Source: Alphaproteobacteria bacterium (GTDB lineage: Bacteria > Pseudomonadota > Alphaproteobacteria > RF32 > CAG-239). From it: DNA of 64,000 nt. The stretch covers positions 85,628 to 149,627 of the forward strand of contig JAGAJR010000017.1 in the NCBI GenBank assembly GCA_017626035.1. Direction: 5' to 3'. This document shows, piece by piece, positions 1 to 9,555 of the stretch (position 1 is the first letter of the stretch; each line of letters starts with the position of its first letter). The position numbers and the translations under genes were made by a program. Below the pieces are notes generated by a model. That model ran no database searches and had not been told where the DNA came from. It worked only from the letters and a program-made list of their open reading frames with translations.

Positions 1-237
1 TGTCCATTGTTCCGTTTTTTAAGGCTTTTCCGGTTTCTTTTATAAATTCAGAGGCTTCTTTTTCCGGCATAAAGTCGGATAGATATTTTCCTTCCAGGCA
101 GGATCTGCTGAGCACATGACTGCAACGGATGTTTGCATAGTGTATTAATCCGTCTTTATCCAGAAGAAGGAATATATTGGTGGATATATCTAAAAGAAAC
201 AGTTTGTCGTCTAAGTTTTTATCCATTCATAAAACTT

Positions 238-1206
238 TTAAATCATATAGTTAAACAGAACTTTTCCCGTTTCGGCAGGTATTTTGAAATACCATCCGTC
301 ATACAAGAAGGTGTTGTTTTCTATATAATCACTGATTTCGGAAGTTGGAAGGTTGGTTGCCGATAATTTTATTTCGGCCCAATAATCATTATCCGAATGA
401 AGAAGGCGTAAATTTACAATCAATCCGTCAAAAGTGGTGATTTTATATGCTTTTTGTAAAGAATACGGCGTGTCGTCAAAATTTTGAGCGGCGATGACTT
501 TTTCCGCACTTACATAATTCAAGCTTTGCAATAACAGTTCCGCATTTATGTTTTTAGCGGTTTTATTTTCTAAGGTTATAGAAAACGGCTGATTTTCGTT
601 ATCTCTTTTTAAAATAATCGGTTTTTCCGCATTTGTTATTTCAATCTTTTTAATTTGTGTCGGAGAAAGCTGCAATATTGGCTGTTGAAGCCATGAATAT
701 ATATTTTCAGGAAAGTGATAGCTGCCGGTAATGAGAAAAAGCTTTTCCGGGGTTGAGGCATCTGTGCCGATATAATAAACACCCCTGTCCTCTTTGTTTC
801 CAACCAAAATGCTGTTTAACAGGCGATTATCTTTTGTCAGAACGTCAATCTTGACGGCATTTTTGATAAAGTCGGATGTCTGAACCTGTTCTTCGTTCAC
901 CGGGCGATAGTATTTAGATGAAATAAAATTATTGAACAATTGGTTTATCAGCGGATAATTTGCATAATAGTAGTCTTCGTTTTTCACCCGCCATAGATTG
1001 TCTTCCAACACCAGAGACAAGGTGTTGGCACCTTTGTGTATCAATATTGAGCCGATGTCATTTATTTGAGAATAGGTTTGAGCAAAAACAAGCTCTCCCG
1101 AACTTCTTTTGTATGCGTGCTTGCTGCTGTAATACAGTGCCGAAACAGCAAAACATAAGCTGATAAGCGTTAAAACAGCAGCGGATTTCAGAAATTTAGC
1201 GTTCAT
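238..1206 (-). CDS. DUF4340-like periplasmic protein, last gene of an ABC-2 (GldG-type) transporter operon
   Basis: 322 aa ORF with an N-terminal signal/anchor (KSAAVLTLISLCFAVSALYY). Its start overlaps the stop of the upstream GldG-like gene by 11 nt, so the two are likely co-transcribed. Family call is from composition and context only. Confidence 0.45.
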   Translation of the reverse strand: MNAKFLKSAAVLTLISLCFAVSALYYSSKHAYKRSSGELVFAQTYSQINDIGSILIHKGANTLSLVLEDNLWRVKNEDYYYANYPLINQLFNNFISSKYYRPVNEEQVQTSDFIKNAVKIDVLTKDNRLLNSILVGNKEDRGVYYIGTDASTPEKLFLITGSYHFPENIYSWLQQPILQLSPTQIKKIEITNAEKPIILKRDNENQPFSITLENKTAKNINAELLLQSLNYVSAEKVIAAQNFDDTPYSLQKAYKITTFDGLIVNLRLLHSDNDYWAEIKLSATNLPTSEISDYIENNTFLYDGWYFKIPAETGKVLFNYMI

Positions 1207-3082
1207 TTACCAGCTCCGAGATTTTACGTTGTTGGATACGAGAGAAAAACAACCTGAAGAGTAATATTGCCAGGATTAACAACAAAGGAAAAACAATTGT
1301 GTTCATGAGAATTATTTTATTGATATTTTCTTCCTGCTCTTTTTTGATTTTATAGTCAAGTTCTTTGATTTTGTTTTGTTTTTGATTAACTTCCTGACGA
1401 AGTTTCTCCTGATATTCCAAGGCTTTCATTGACACGCCCTGTCCTACGGCTTCAATATTGCGGGAAAGTAAATCCAACTGTTTTTCAGTTGTGGTCAAAT
1501 CTTGTTGTGTTTGGTTATATTCTTGGGCGTAACGGGCAAATATTTTGCCATAAATATGTTCACCGATGCCGTTTTCCGAAACCAGGGATTTTTTGTCATA
1601 GAGTTTGAGAAGTGTTTTATTTCCAGTCAGATAGTCGACAGCCCGCAAGATAAAGTTTCCGTTGTCATTTTGCGGAACAATTCCATAATATTCATTATTT
1701 TCGCTCTGTTCCGTGTCAGCCCAGTTTTCATCGGCGAGCATATCCGTATCGGCAACAACGACGATTGTGGACGGATGGGCGGAAAATGCAATATACGGCA
1801 GCATTTTTTCCGCATAAGGCGTGTTTTCCAAAATATTGTTGTTGAAAACAGAACTGAATTTCCCGGTAACCTGCAAAGCCAAAGTATGCTGAACGTTGTC
1901 TTGATTATATAAAGTCAGGACATTGGTTTTGTCTGAGAATTTGGCAATATGTGCTTCAACGCTTCCGCCTTTGGGTGATGTGGTTATAAGCGGTGTTATT
2001 TCAACATCTTCATACGGAATCGGGGTTAATATTCCGGCTGTTTTTAAAGAAAGTTTTGATAAGCCTTCGGTAATCGGATTGTCTTTATTCAGAAAGTCTT
2101 TGGAAATATTCATCCAGAGATAATAATTTTTCAACTGGGTGTTTTTGTCGCCGATTAAGGTCATCTCGCTTAAGTCAACATCTCCCGCCAGGCGGTTTTT
2201 ACCGTATGAAATACCCCAATTTTGCAACAACGTGTCTATTTCCGGCTCGGAAATATTTGCGGTTCCTTTCAGCTGCCCTTCTTTTTCGGAATAAGGGTCT
2301 AAAAACATAAGAATACTTCCGCCGCGAAGAACAAATTGGTCAAGAGCATAAGTAAAGACATCACTCGGTTTTTGCGGATTAACAATTACCAATACATTTA
2401 TATCCAAAGGAATTTGAGGCGTGCGGGATGACATTTCAACCAGGTTGTAGTTGTTGGATAATAATTTGACAAATGCCCAGTCAGATGTTTTTCGTGTTCC
2501 GTAACTTTTATCCGTTATCGGAAGATTTTCGTAAACCAAGCCTATTTTTTGCCTTTGCGGGTTGTTTATCCGGTAGATAATGCGGCTGATGTCTTTTTCT
2601 AGTGAAGAACGGCGTTCGGAAACAAAATTCGGTATAGTGTATTTATCTCCGGCATCGTTGGAAATTTCTGCTCCGAAATACAGGTTAATTTGTCCGTTGC
2701 CGTCTAAAATCGGTTTAATGCCGGCGGCTTGAGCTTCCTTCTCAATGGCGGAATAAGGCTCCGGATTTTTTATTTCCAGCGAAATTTTTCCGGCGGAGGC
2801 TTTTTGATATTTGTTGAGGAAACGTAAAACAAAACGGGCGTAATCGGCATATTGCGGATATTCCTCAGACAAGGAGGAAGACATGTATATTTTAATGAAT
2901 ATCGGTTCTTTTATGTCTTGAATGATTTCTTCGGAGGCCTCGGATAGCGTGTATCTTCCGTCAGAGGTAAAATCGGCCTTATTGTTTCCCCAAAACAGGC
3001 TGCTTCCCAAATTCAGGCAGACAAAGGATAAAAGAAGCATTGCCATAAAGAGGATTAAAACATAAAATTTGTTGTTTTTCAT
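1196..3082 (-). CDS. GldG-like auxiliary component of an ABC-2 type transporter
   Basis: 628 aa ORF with an N-terminal TM helix, a large periplasmic domain and a C-terminal TM helix (FPLLLILAILLF). It sits directly downstream of an ABC-2 permease and ATPase, the classic gldA/gldF/gldG-like arrangement. Confidence 0.55.
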   Translation of the reverse strand: MKNNKFYVLILFMAMLLLSFVCLNLGSSLFWGNNKADFTSDGRYTLSEASEEIIQDIKEPIFIKIYMSSSLSEEYPQYADYARFVLRFLNKYQKASAGKISLEIKNPEPYSAIEKEAQAAGIKPILDGNGQINLYFGAEISNDAGDKYTIPNFVSERRSSLEKDISRIIYRINNPQRQKIGLVYENLPITDKSYGTRKTSDWAFVKLLSNNYNLVEMSSRTPQIPLDINVLVIVNPQKPSDVFTYALDQFVLRGGSILMFLDPYSEKEGQLKGTANISEPEIDTLLQNWGISYGKNRLAGDVDLSEMTLIGDKNTQLKNYYLWMNISKDFLNKDNPITEGLSKLSLKTAGILTPIPYEDVEITPLITTSPKGGSVEAHIAKFSDKTNVLTLYNQDNVQHTLALQVTGKFSSVFNNNILENTPYAEKMLPYIAFSAHPSTIVVVADTDMLADENWADTEQSENNEYYGIVPQNDNGNFILRAVDYLTGNKTLLKLYDKKSLVSENGIGEHIYGKIFARYAQEYNQTQQDLTTTEKQLDLLSRNIEAVGQGVSMKALEYQEKLRQEVNQKQNKIKELDYKIKKEQEENINKIILMNTIVFPLLLILAILLFRLFFSRIQQRKISELVNER

Positions 3083-3094
3083 ATCTTTGTGTCC

Positions 3095-3829
3095 TTAACT
3101 TCTTTTATATTCAATAACAAAAACATTAAACCACAGCGTGAGAGCTATCAGCCCGGCAAAGTAGATTATGTTGTCGATACCGATTTGTCCGCTGATAAAG
3201 TTTTGGAAATGTGCCATATAATTAAATGACTGCCCTTCTCCGCTCATCGGCAGCCGTGAAACTTCAGCAACAAAAGAAATGATAAAGTTAAAATTAGTTG
3301 CCATAAATCCCCAAGAAACAAGCACGGCAATAAGATAAGCAATAACGGCGTTGCTGCAAAATGCCGAAATGACACAGCCAAAAGCACAAAATGCGGCAGC
3401 AGTCAGAAAGCAGCCCATATATCCGGAAAAGACATTCATATTGTCAACGGTTGTCAGAAAATTAGTGTAAATCCATAGCGGAAAGGTAAATGTCAGCAGA
3501 ATCAGGCAGAAAGAAACCGCGGCACAATATTTTCCCAAAACGAGTATGGCATAATTGACCGGCTGGGTTAAAATATATTCCAAAGTTCCGGATTTTCGTT
3601 CATCGGCCCACAACCGCATGGTTACGGCAGGAATCAGAATAGCCAGTATTTGCGGCTGAAATGAAAAGAACGAGACAAAATCAGAATTATTTAAAAAGAA
3701 AAAATATCCGGAATAAAACGTTCCTATCATGGAGATAATCATATATACGGCCATGATGAAATAAGCGGTCTGGGTTCGAAAATAACTTTTGAATTCCTTA
3801 AAATATACACTGGCAAATTGTTTGTTCAT
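3095..3829 (-). CDS. ABC-2 family transporter permease
   Basis: 244 aa polytopic membrane protein with about six hydrophobic segments. It lies between the ABC ATPase and the GldG-like gene. Confidence 0.6.
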   Translation of the reverse strand: MNKQFASVYFKEFKSYFRTQTAYFIMAVYMIISMIGTFYSGYFFFLNNSDFVSFFSFQPQILAILIPAVTMRLWADERKSGTLEYILTQPVNYAILVLGKYCAAVSFCLILLTFTFPLWIYTNFLTTVDNMNVFSGYMGCFLTAAAFCAFGCVISAFCSNAVIAYLIAVLVSWGFMATNFNFIISFVAEVSRLPMSGEGQSFNYMAHFQNFISGQIGIDNIIYFAGLIALTLWFNVFVIEYKRS

Positions 3830-3831
3830 TT

Positions 3832-4551
3832 TCAGAACTCCTCACTGGTTATTTTACGAAAAGCCGAAGCCATATCGTTATCTATGCTGATTTTTTTGAG
3901 TTCCCGCGGTAAAGTGTCACGAATAAGTTTTCCTTTATTTAAAAGCAAAACCCGGGTGGAGATGGCTTCCACCTCTTCCATAATATGGGTGGAGATAATA
4001 ACAATGCCGGTTTTGCCGTATTCTCTTATAAGATTGCGGATTTCGAGTTTCTGATTAGGATCGAGCCCTTCCGTCGGTTCATCAAGAATCAGAATCTTGG
4101 GACGGTGGATTAACGCACCGGCAATGCCGACCCGCCGCTTAAAGCCTTTGGAAAGCGTTTCTATCCGTTGATTAACAACCTCGGTTAAATGCAAATAAGC
4201 CGCCAGTTCTTTAAAGTTATTCACAAACTCCCGATAAGGAATTTTCCATAAATCGGCTGCAAATTTGATAAATTCATAAACGGTCATTTCAGGATACAAC
4301 GGGCAGTTTTCGGGAACATAACCGATTTTTTGCAAAGCCGAAGTCCGATCTGTTTTTACGTCATGTCCGAAAACTGTGCAGTTTCCTTCGTCGGCCTCAA
4401 GATATCCCGTCAACAGCCGCATCAGTGTCGTTTTTCCGGCTCCGTTAGGTCCGAGCAGGCAAACGACTTCTCCTTTATTTATGCAAAAATTTACATTATT
4501 TACGGCAAAGATACGGCCAAAACGTTTGGATAAATTTTTCGCGACAATCAT
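3832..4551 (-). CDS. ABC transporter ATP-binding protein
   Basis: Walker A GPNGAGKTT, ABC signature LSKGFKRRV, Walker B ILILDEP. 239 aa. Confidence 0.9.
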   Translation of the reverse strand: MIVAKNLSKRFGRIFAVNNVNFCINKGEVVCLLGPNGAGKTTLMRLLTGYLEADEGNCTVFGHDVKTDRTSALQKIGYVPENCPLYPEMTVYEFIKFAADLWKIPYREFVNNFKELAAYLHLTEVVNQRIETLSKGFKRRVGIAGALIHRPKILILDEPTEGLDPNQKLEIRNLIREYGKTGIVIISTHIMEEVEAISTRVLLLNKGKLIRDTLPRELKKISIDNDMASAFRKITSEEF

Positions 4552-4701
4552 AATCTACATCCGGTTAGTGTTTTAACGGCTTTATTCTAGCAAATAATTT
4601 TTAAATTTTAACAACTATTTTTATTTTTCAAAATGTTTGATGACAAAATTTTTATTTTACATTATTTATATACATATAATTACTTAAAATGGAGTTGATA
4701 A

Positions 4702-5211
4702 GTGCAGGAAGTATATTCTAGAGATGAAGCAAAATCGCTGAAAGTGGGATTATATGTTGCTTTGGCAATTTTGTGCATTATCGGTTATTTTGTTTTCAGA
4801 GACAGTAAAGTCCAACATGTCGAAGACGGAGAGTATTATTCTCTGAATGCCCGTTTCGGGCGGACGGACGGCCTTTTGGTCGGCGATAACGTGCGTTTGG
4901 CGGGCATGACAATCGGCCGCGTCGTTAAAGCTAAGCTAGATGAACATTTTAAAGCCATTCTGACTTTGGAAATTAAAGAAGATATTAAAATTCCGGATGA
5001 CAGCAGTGCTTCCATTGTCAGTTCGGGACTGATGGGCGGAAAATATATTGAAATCGAACCGGGCGGCTCTGAAGACTACATCCCTTCCGGCGGAGAGTTT
5101 TCTTATACGCAGGATGCCATGGTTGTGGAAGAGCTTTTGGACCGCATTGTCGGCATCGGAAAAGCCAATCGCAGCAAAAAAAGCCCTGGAAACGCCGAAC
5201 AGGCAGAATAA
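4702..5211 (+). CDS. MlaD-like MCE-domain protein (outer-membrane lipid asymmetry system component)
   Basis: GTG start with GGAG 8 nt upstream. N-terminal TM anchor followed by an MCE-like domain (…RFGRTDGLLVGDNVRLAGMTIGRV…SGLMGGKYIEIEPG). Confidence 0.6.
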   Translation: MQEVYSRDEAKSLKVGLYVALAILCIIGYFVFRDSKVQHVEDGEYYSLNARFGRTDGLLVGDNVRLAGMTIGRVVKAKLDEHFKAILTLEIKEDIKIPDDSSASIVSSGLMGGKYIEIEPGGSEDYIPSGGEFSYTQDAMVVEELLDRIVGIGKANRSKKSPGNAEQAE

Positions 5212-5260
5212 CATTTTGATTTGAAAGAATTATTTTAAAAGATATTTTAAGGAGAGATTA

Positions 5261-5719
5261 ATGAATAAAAAACCTGTAGAAACCATAATGGGAATTGTCG
5301 TTGTTGTTGTTGCGGCATTTTTTCTCTTTTTTGCATATAAGGTTTCGGATTTGCAAGTTGTCAAAGGGTATAATATTTCAGCCAAGTTTCTTAAAGTCGG
5401 CGGTCTAACCGTCGGGTCCGATGTTCGGATTAACGGTATTAAAGTCGGCACGGTTATCGGACAGAAACTGGATAATACGGATTATATCGCCGATGTCGAT
5501 ATGAGTATTGCTTCTAATGTCAAACTCCCGAAAGACAGCGTTGCCATTATTGCCGGAGACGGTTTTATCGGAGATAAGTTTATTAAAATAGAGCCGGGTA
5601 AAAGTTCGGAATTTCTGGCTGACGGTGATACATTGTCCAATACAAAAGATTTCAAGACTCTGGAAGACATGGTCGGAGAAATTATCTTTATGGTGACAGA
5701 TAATGGCGAAAGCAAATAA
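5261..5719 (+). CDS. second MlaD-like MCE-domain protein (tandem paralog)
   Basis: Same architecture as the preceding gene: TM anchor, then …AKFLKVGGLTVGSDVRINGIKVGTV…GDGFIGDKFIKIEPG. RBS GGAGAG lies upstream. Confidence 0.6.
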   Translation: MNKKPVETIMGIVVVVVAAFFLFFAYKVSDLQVVKGYNISAKFLKVGGLTVGSDVRINGIKVGTVIGQKLDNTDYIADVDMSIASNVKLPKDSVAIIAGDGFIGDKFIKIEPGKSSEFLADGDTLSNTKDFKTLEDMVGEIIFMVTDNGESK

Positions 5720-6701
5720 ATTTTTATTCTCCCTTCTTTGTTCGTCCCTGTTGTGTTCGGCAGCCGGAGCAAAAGAAATTGACATGAACACCGCTCAGAT
5801 GCAGGCCATGGATAAAATTACCGGCCGAGTAAGCCTGATTGATGTTCCTGTTAACGGAGAAGTTAAATTCGGCAGTTTTTCTATTGTTGTGCGAGCCTGC
5901 AAAAGCCGTCCTCCTGAAGAGACTCCCGAAAACTACGCGTTTGTTGACGTTGCCGATGAAACCTTAAACGGCGAACAACTTAATATCTTCAAAGGCTGGA
6001 TGTTGTCTTCGACGCCGGCACTGAATGCCGTGGAGCACCCTATTTATGATGTTTGGCTGTTGAAATGCACAAACACATCAGTTGACAAAAGTCGGTTGTT
6101 ATCTCCTGAGCAATTGACTCTTCGCGATGAAATGCCGAAAAAAGCACCGGATAAAGAAAACACAATTCAGGCTCCTCTTTCCGAGGAAGTTCCGGCCGCC
6201 GTTTCCGATAAAAATGTTCCTGAAACGGAATTGTCTGCAGAACCTGTAATTGAGACAAATCAGGTAGAAACCGTTGTCGAAACTCAGAAAGTTTTGGAGG
6301 TTACGGAACCGGTTGCGGAAGAAGAAAATATTTTAGAAGAAAATGTTGAAGACGGAGCTCCTACTTCGTTAATTAATTTACCGACAGATGCTGCCGGACA
6401 AACTGAAAATGCTTCTCCTGAGGTATCGGTTGAAATGCCGGTAAAAGCAGAAGTCGTTGAAAGTACGGAAAAAGAAGCTGACAAAACTGCTGAGTTGGCA
6501 ATTGAGCATGACGTGGCAGCAGTCGAGGACATTCCGATTGTCGAAGTTCCCGAAGAAACACCTGCAGAACCGCTTCTTCCGACAGAGACTGACGATGTTC
6601 CTTCCGAAGATGACCAATTTATCGACTTGAGTTCCGAGGCCGGAGATTTTGAAGCCCCGGAAACAGATGAGTTGAAAGTGGAAGCTTTAACAACCGATTA
6701 A
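5703..6701 (+). CDS. secreted DUF2155-like protein with a long acidic E/T/V/P-rich C-terminal tail
   Basis: Signal peptide (LFSLLCSSLLCSAAGA). The N-terminal roughly 130 aa globular part (…VRACKSRPPEETPENYAFVDVADETLNGEQLNIFKGWM…) resembles alphaproteobacterial DUF2155. The C-terminal roughly 180 aa are low-complexity acidic. It overlaps the upstream MlaD gene by 17 nt. Confidence 0.45.
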   Translation: MAKANKFLFSLLCSSLLCSAAGAKEIDMNTAQMQAMDKITGRVSLIDVPVNGEVKFGSFSIVVRACKSRPPEETPENYAFVDVADETLNGEQLNIFKGWMLSSTPALNAVEHPIYDVWLLKCTNTSVDKSRLLSPEQLTLRDEMPKKAPDKENTIQAPLSEEVPAAVSDKNVPETELSAEPVIETNQVETVVETQKVLEVTEPVAEEENILEENVEDGAPTSLINLPTDAAGQTENASPEVSVEMPVKAEVVESTEKEADKTAELAIEHDVAAVEDIPIVEVPEETPAEPLLPTETDDVPSEDDQFIDLSSEAGDFEAPETDELKVEALTTD

Positions 6702-6865
6702 CCAGCGAATCGCTTAAAATTAAAAGCAATACTTTGCGTAAGTATTGCTTTTTTTGTTATAAAATCGACAACACGGTTGTATTTGTATTGATGATTTCAA
6801 CAAATACTTGCGAATCTATAAAAAAAGTGAAATTATAAAGGTGGGCTAAAAAGCGGAGAGGACTA

Positions 6866-7354
6866 ATGAATAATAGCTTATTAATTATTGACGTGCAAAA
6901 GGGTTTTATTAATGAACACACTGAACATCTTCCTAAGAAAATAGAAAAATTGCAAGAACGATATGATAATATCTATGCGGTTCAATTCGTAAATCTTAAC
7001 AATTCTCTTTTTCGTTCCCTGCTCCACTGGGATAAATTTAATTTGAATTCAGATGACACCAAAGCAGCATTCCAGTTGAAACCTAATGTTAAGGTATATC
7101 AAAAATACTCTTACGGAATTCCGCATTGTATTTTGGAAGATTTGAACAACGATGATGTTAACTCCATAGATATTTGCGGTATTTCCACGGATGCCTGCAT
7201 TTTAAAAACGGCTATGGATTTGTTTGATGAAAAAATTGTTCCGAGAATCTTGGTTGATTACTGTGCTTGCTATCACGGCAAAGAAAAACACCGTCAGGCA
7301 TTGAAGTTTCTGGAAAGTTTAATCGGTTCAGAGAATATTGTTAAAGTGAAATAA
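6866..7354 (+). CDS. isochorismatase-family cysteine hydrolase
   Basis: N-terminal LLIIDVQKGF and a catalytic Cys-containing region …ICGISTDACI… match the isochorismatase/nicotinamidase fold. 162 aa. Confidence 0.6.
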   Translation: MNNSLLIIDVQKGFINEHTEHLPKKIEKLQERYDNIYAVQFVNLNNSLFRSLLHWDKFNLNSDDTKAAFQLKPNVKVYQKYSYGIPHCILEDLNNDDVNSIDICGISTDACILKTAMDLFDEKIVPRILVDYCACYHGKEKHRQALKFLESLIGSENIVKVK

Positions 7355-7420
7355 CTTTCTGATTGTTTTTATTCGTTTTAAGCGATACTATCCTGATATG
7401 TTTTATCAGCAGAAGGATTT

Positions 7421-8356
7421 GTGTTTATGAGCGAAAAAATAGATGTCAGCTTTGTAATGACTGTTTATAATAAGGAATATTATCTTCCTTCGGTCTTGAA
7501 AGCCTTATTGAAACAAAGCGGTTTGAAAAATCCGGAATTTGTTTTTGTGGATGATTTATCCAAAGACAAGTCCGTTGATATTATTCGCGAATATACCAAA
7601 GATATTCCTAATGTTAAGATTATAGCCAATCAGGATAACAGAGGCATCAGTGTCCGAATTAACCAAGGAATTGAGGCCGCTGAAGGCAAATATATAAGGA
7701 TGCTTGATTCTGACGACATTTTTCCGCTTGATTCTACGGAAAAAATGCTTGAATTGGCCAGAAAACACAATGCGGATATGGTTTACGGCTGTTTTACCAA
7801 GACGGGAAAAGAACCGCAAGAACTTGAGGCCGAATATTTGGAACCTTTCTCTTATAAATACTTTCCGGATGCGTTATCTGCCGTTTTAACCGGACGTTAT
7901 ACCCGTATGGGGCAATTAATTAAGGCAGATGTTTTGAAAAAGGCCAAAGGAGCGGATGAAAGAGTATTTATTCAGGATGAGACCATTCCGCTGCGAGCCG
8001 CCATTCATGCTCACGGGATTATAAAAATGACGGCCAATGTTGTGTTGGTTCCTAAAGAAATCGGAAATTTTTCCGGCAATAAAATTCAATTGGACAATGA
8101 CCGTTTTATGGCTTATTGCTATACCATTCTGGACAATCCGTCTTTGCCGGTTCCTGCGTTGAAACTTATGTATCAGAGAGCAGTATCCGCTTATTGGAAA
8201 TATATTAAGAAAACAAAGCGGTGCCCGTATCTTTCAAAGACTTTTGCCGTTTATTTGAGAAATAAAATAAAACCGCAATTACCGAATATTGCTTATTTGA
8301 ATAAAATGAAAGACGAGTTTTTGTCTTTGCCGAATATTCGCAGAATTAAGCCTTAG
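7421..8356 (+). CDS. family 2 glycosyltransferase
   Basis: VSFVMTVYNKEYYL…FVFVDDLSKDKS…DSDD motifs are typical of GT-A/GT2. AGGA lies 10 nt upstream. Confidence 0.7.
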   Translation: MFMSEKIDVSFVMTVYNKEYYLPSVLKALLKQSGLKNPEFVFVDDLSKDKSVDIIREYTKDIPNVKIIANQDNRGISVRINQGIEAAEGKYIRMLDSDDIFPLDSTEKMLELARKHNADMVYGCFTKTGKEPQELEAEYLEPFSYKYFPDALSAVLTGRYTRMGQLIKADVLKKAKGADERVFIQDETIPLRAAIHAHGIIKMTANVVLVPKEIGNFSGNKIQLDNDRFMAYCYTILDNPSLPVPALKLMYQRAVSAYWKYIKKTKRCPYLSKTFAVYLRNKIKPQLPNIAYLNKMKDEFLSLPNIRRIKP

Positions 8357-9044
8357 AAAAAGATAAATGACGCAGTTGCATTTGCCGAAGCAGAATACTG
8401 TTATCGGTTCCGTTGCTGTTGTCATTATTATTTATTTCTGTCAAACAGGAAATCAAAGAGCTCTTTCCGTGGACATGTTTGATTTTAAAGCCCTGGCTGC
8501 GTGCAATGCGTAAATTATCTTTGCTGTCATCTATCAAATAAGAGCGGGAAGCATCAATATTATATTTTTCGCAAAGTTCCTGCCAAGCTTTTTTGTCGCC
8601 TTTAGAACGAAACTTGATATCATCAATTCCGCAAAAAGTAACGTTGTCTTTAAATTCATCGCCGACAACCCGGTCCCATACCCGGCGAGCCACAGAACTT
8701 AATCCGTCGCTCCAAATAATGATTTTGTTGTTTTTGGCTGTTTGCCGTAATGTTTCGCAAAGTTGTTTGTCTCGAGGAAGAGACTGATATTTCAGATTAT
8801 CGGAAATTTTATTGATAATACGATTAAATTCCCGTTCATTTCTGCTCATGTGCCTGATGTATTGGAATAATCCGTGGGATCCGGATTTTTTGAAATCGAC
8901 AATACTTTTTAAGATATTATACCGATTAGGTCTTAAATGGCGGAGAGATTTGGCGACCTGCAGAATAAAACCGGCATAGAATTTTCGGTTGGAATATTTA
9001 TTCAAAACACCGTCGACATCAATTATAACAACTTTATTTTTCAT
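8346..9044 (-). CDS. HAD-superfamily hydrolase-like protein
   Basis: Start moved to MKNKVVIIDVDGVLN (ATG at 9044), which has AAAGGA 6 nt upstream. The track ORF begins 7 codons earlier with no RBS. DxDGxL is the HAD motif I. It overlaps the GT2 3' end convergently by 11 nt. Confidence 0.45.
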   Translation of the reverse strand: MKNKVVIIDVDGVLNKYSNRKFYAGFILQVAKSLRHLRPNRYNILKSIVDFKKSGSHGLFQYIRHMSRNEREFNRIINKISDNLKYQSLPRDKQLCETLRQTAKNNKIIIWSDGLSSVARRVWDRVVGDEFKDNVTFCGIDDIKFRSKGDKKAWQELCEKYNIDASRSYLIDDSKDNLRIARSQGFKIKHVHGKSSLISCLTEINNNDNSNGTDNSILLRQMQLRHLSFSKA

Positions 9045-9115
9045 TTCACATCCTTTTTTAGACATAATAGCCTAAAATAGATATTTAATCAATAAAGATA
9101 TTATATTTTTATTAA

Positions 9116-9487
9116 CTAATCTTCCGTTACACAGTCATCACCGCTGAAAGTATAATTTACAACAACATTGTTTACGATAGTGAATGATGTTTTGCAATAA
9201 TATGCGTTTTGTTCGTTATCCGGTGTTCCGTAGTTTGGCGTTTCTATAGCCGGATAATATACCTCGTCGTCCGCATAAGGTTCAGTGTTGCCGTCAACAG
9301 CCTCGTTTTCGGTTTGGATATAAGTTACCACCATTTCGTTTGGCGTAACCGTCAAAATATTATCCGGTTCGCCCCAAGAGTAATATAAAGCCTCTTGGCT
9401 GACACCCATCCATTTTTGCATGGATTGTTCATAATTTCCGCCGGAAGCACAGCCGCTCAAAAACATTATGCAGAGTAAAAGTATCAT
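9116..9487 (-). CDS. small lipoprotein
   Basis: Lipobox MFLSGC after a hydrophobic leader. 123 aa, Y/D/E-rich. Confidence 0.5.
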   Translation of the reverse strand: MILLLCIMFLSGCASGGNYEQSMQKWMGVSQEALYYSWGEPDNILTVTPNEMVVTYIQTENEAVDGNTEPYADDEVYYPAIETPNYGTPDNEQNAYYCKTSFTIVNNVVVNYTFSGDDCVTED

Positions 9488-9555
9488 TATTCCATATCCC
9501 CGTTTGAAAAAATTTAGAAAATATGTAATTTCGTTTTAGGGGGATACAACCTAAA

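Noticed and set aside
1-237. Possible partial gene at the extreme 5' end of the window
   Set aside because: All six frames hit stops within about 35 codons, so it is treated as the 3' UTR/intergenic region of the ABC-2 operon.
133-366. + strand 77-aa ORF at the window start, and the antisense ORFs 960..1163, 1502..1912 and 1923..2123
   Set aside because: They overlap the well-supported minus-strand ABC-2/GldG operon. None has an RBS or a recognisable motif.
3765-3785. tRNA T-arm-like 'gggttcgaa'
   Set aside because: It lies inside the ABC-2 permease coding frame with no cloverleaf context. It is not a tRNA.
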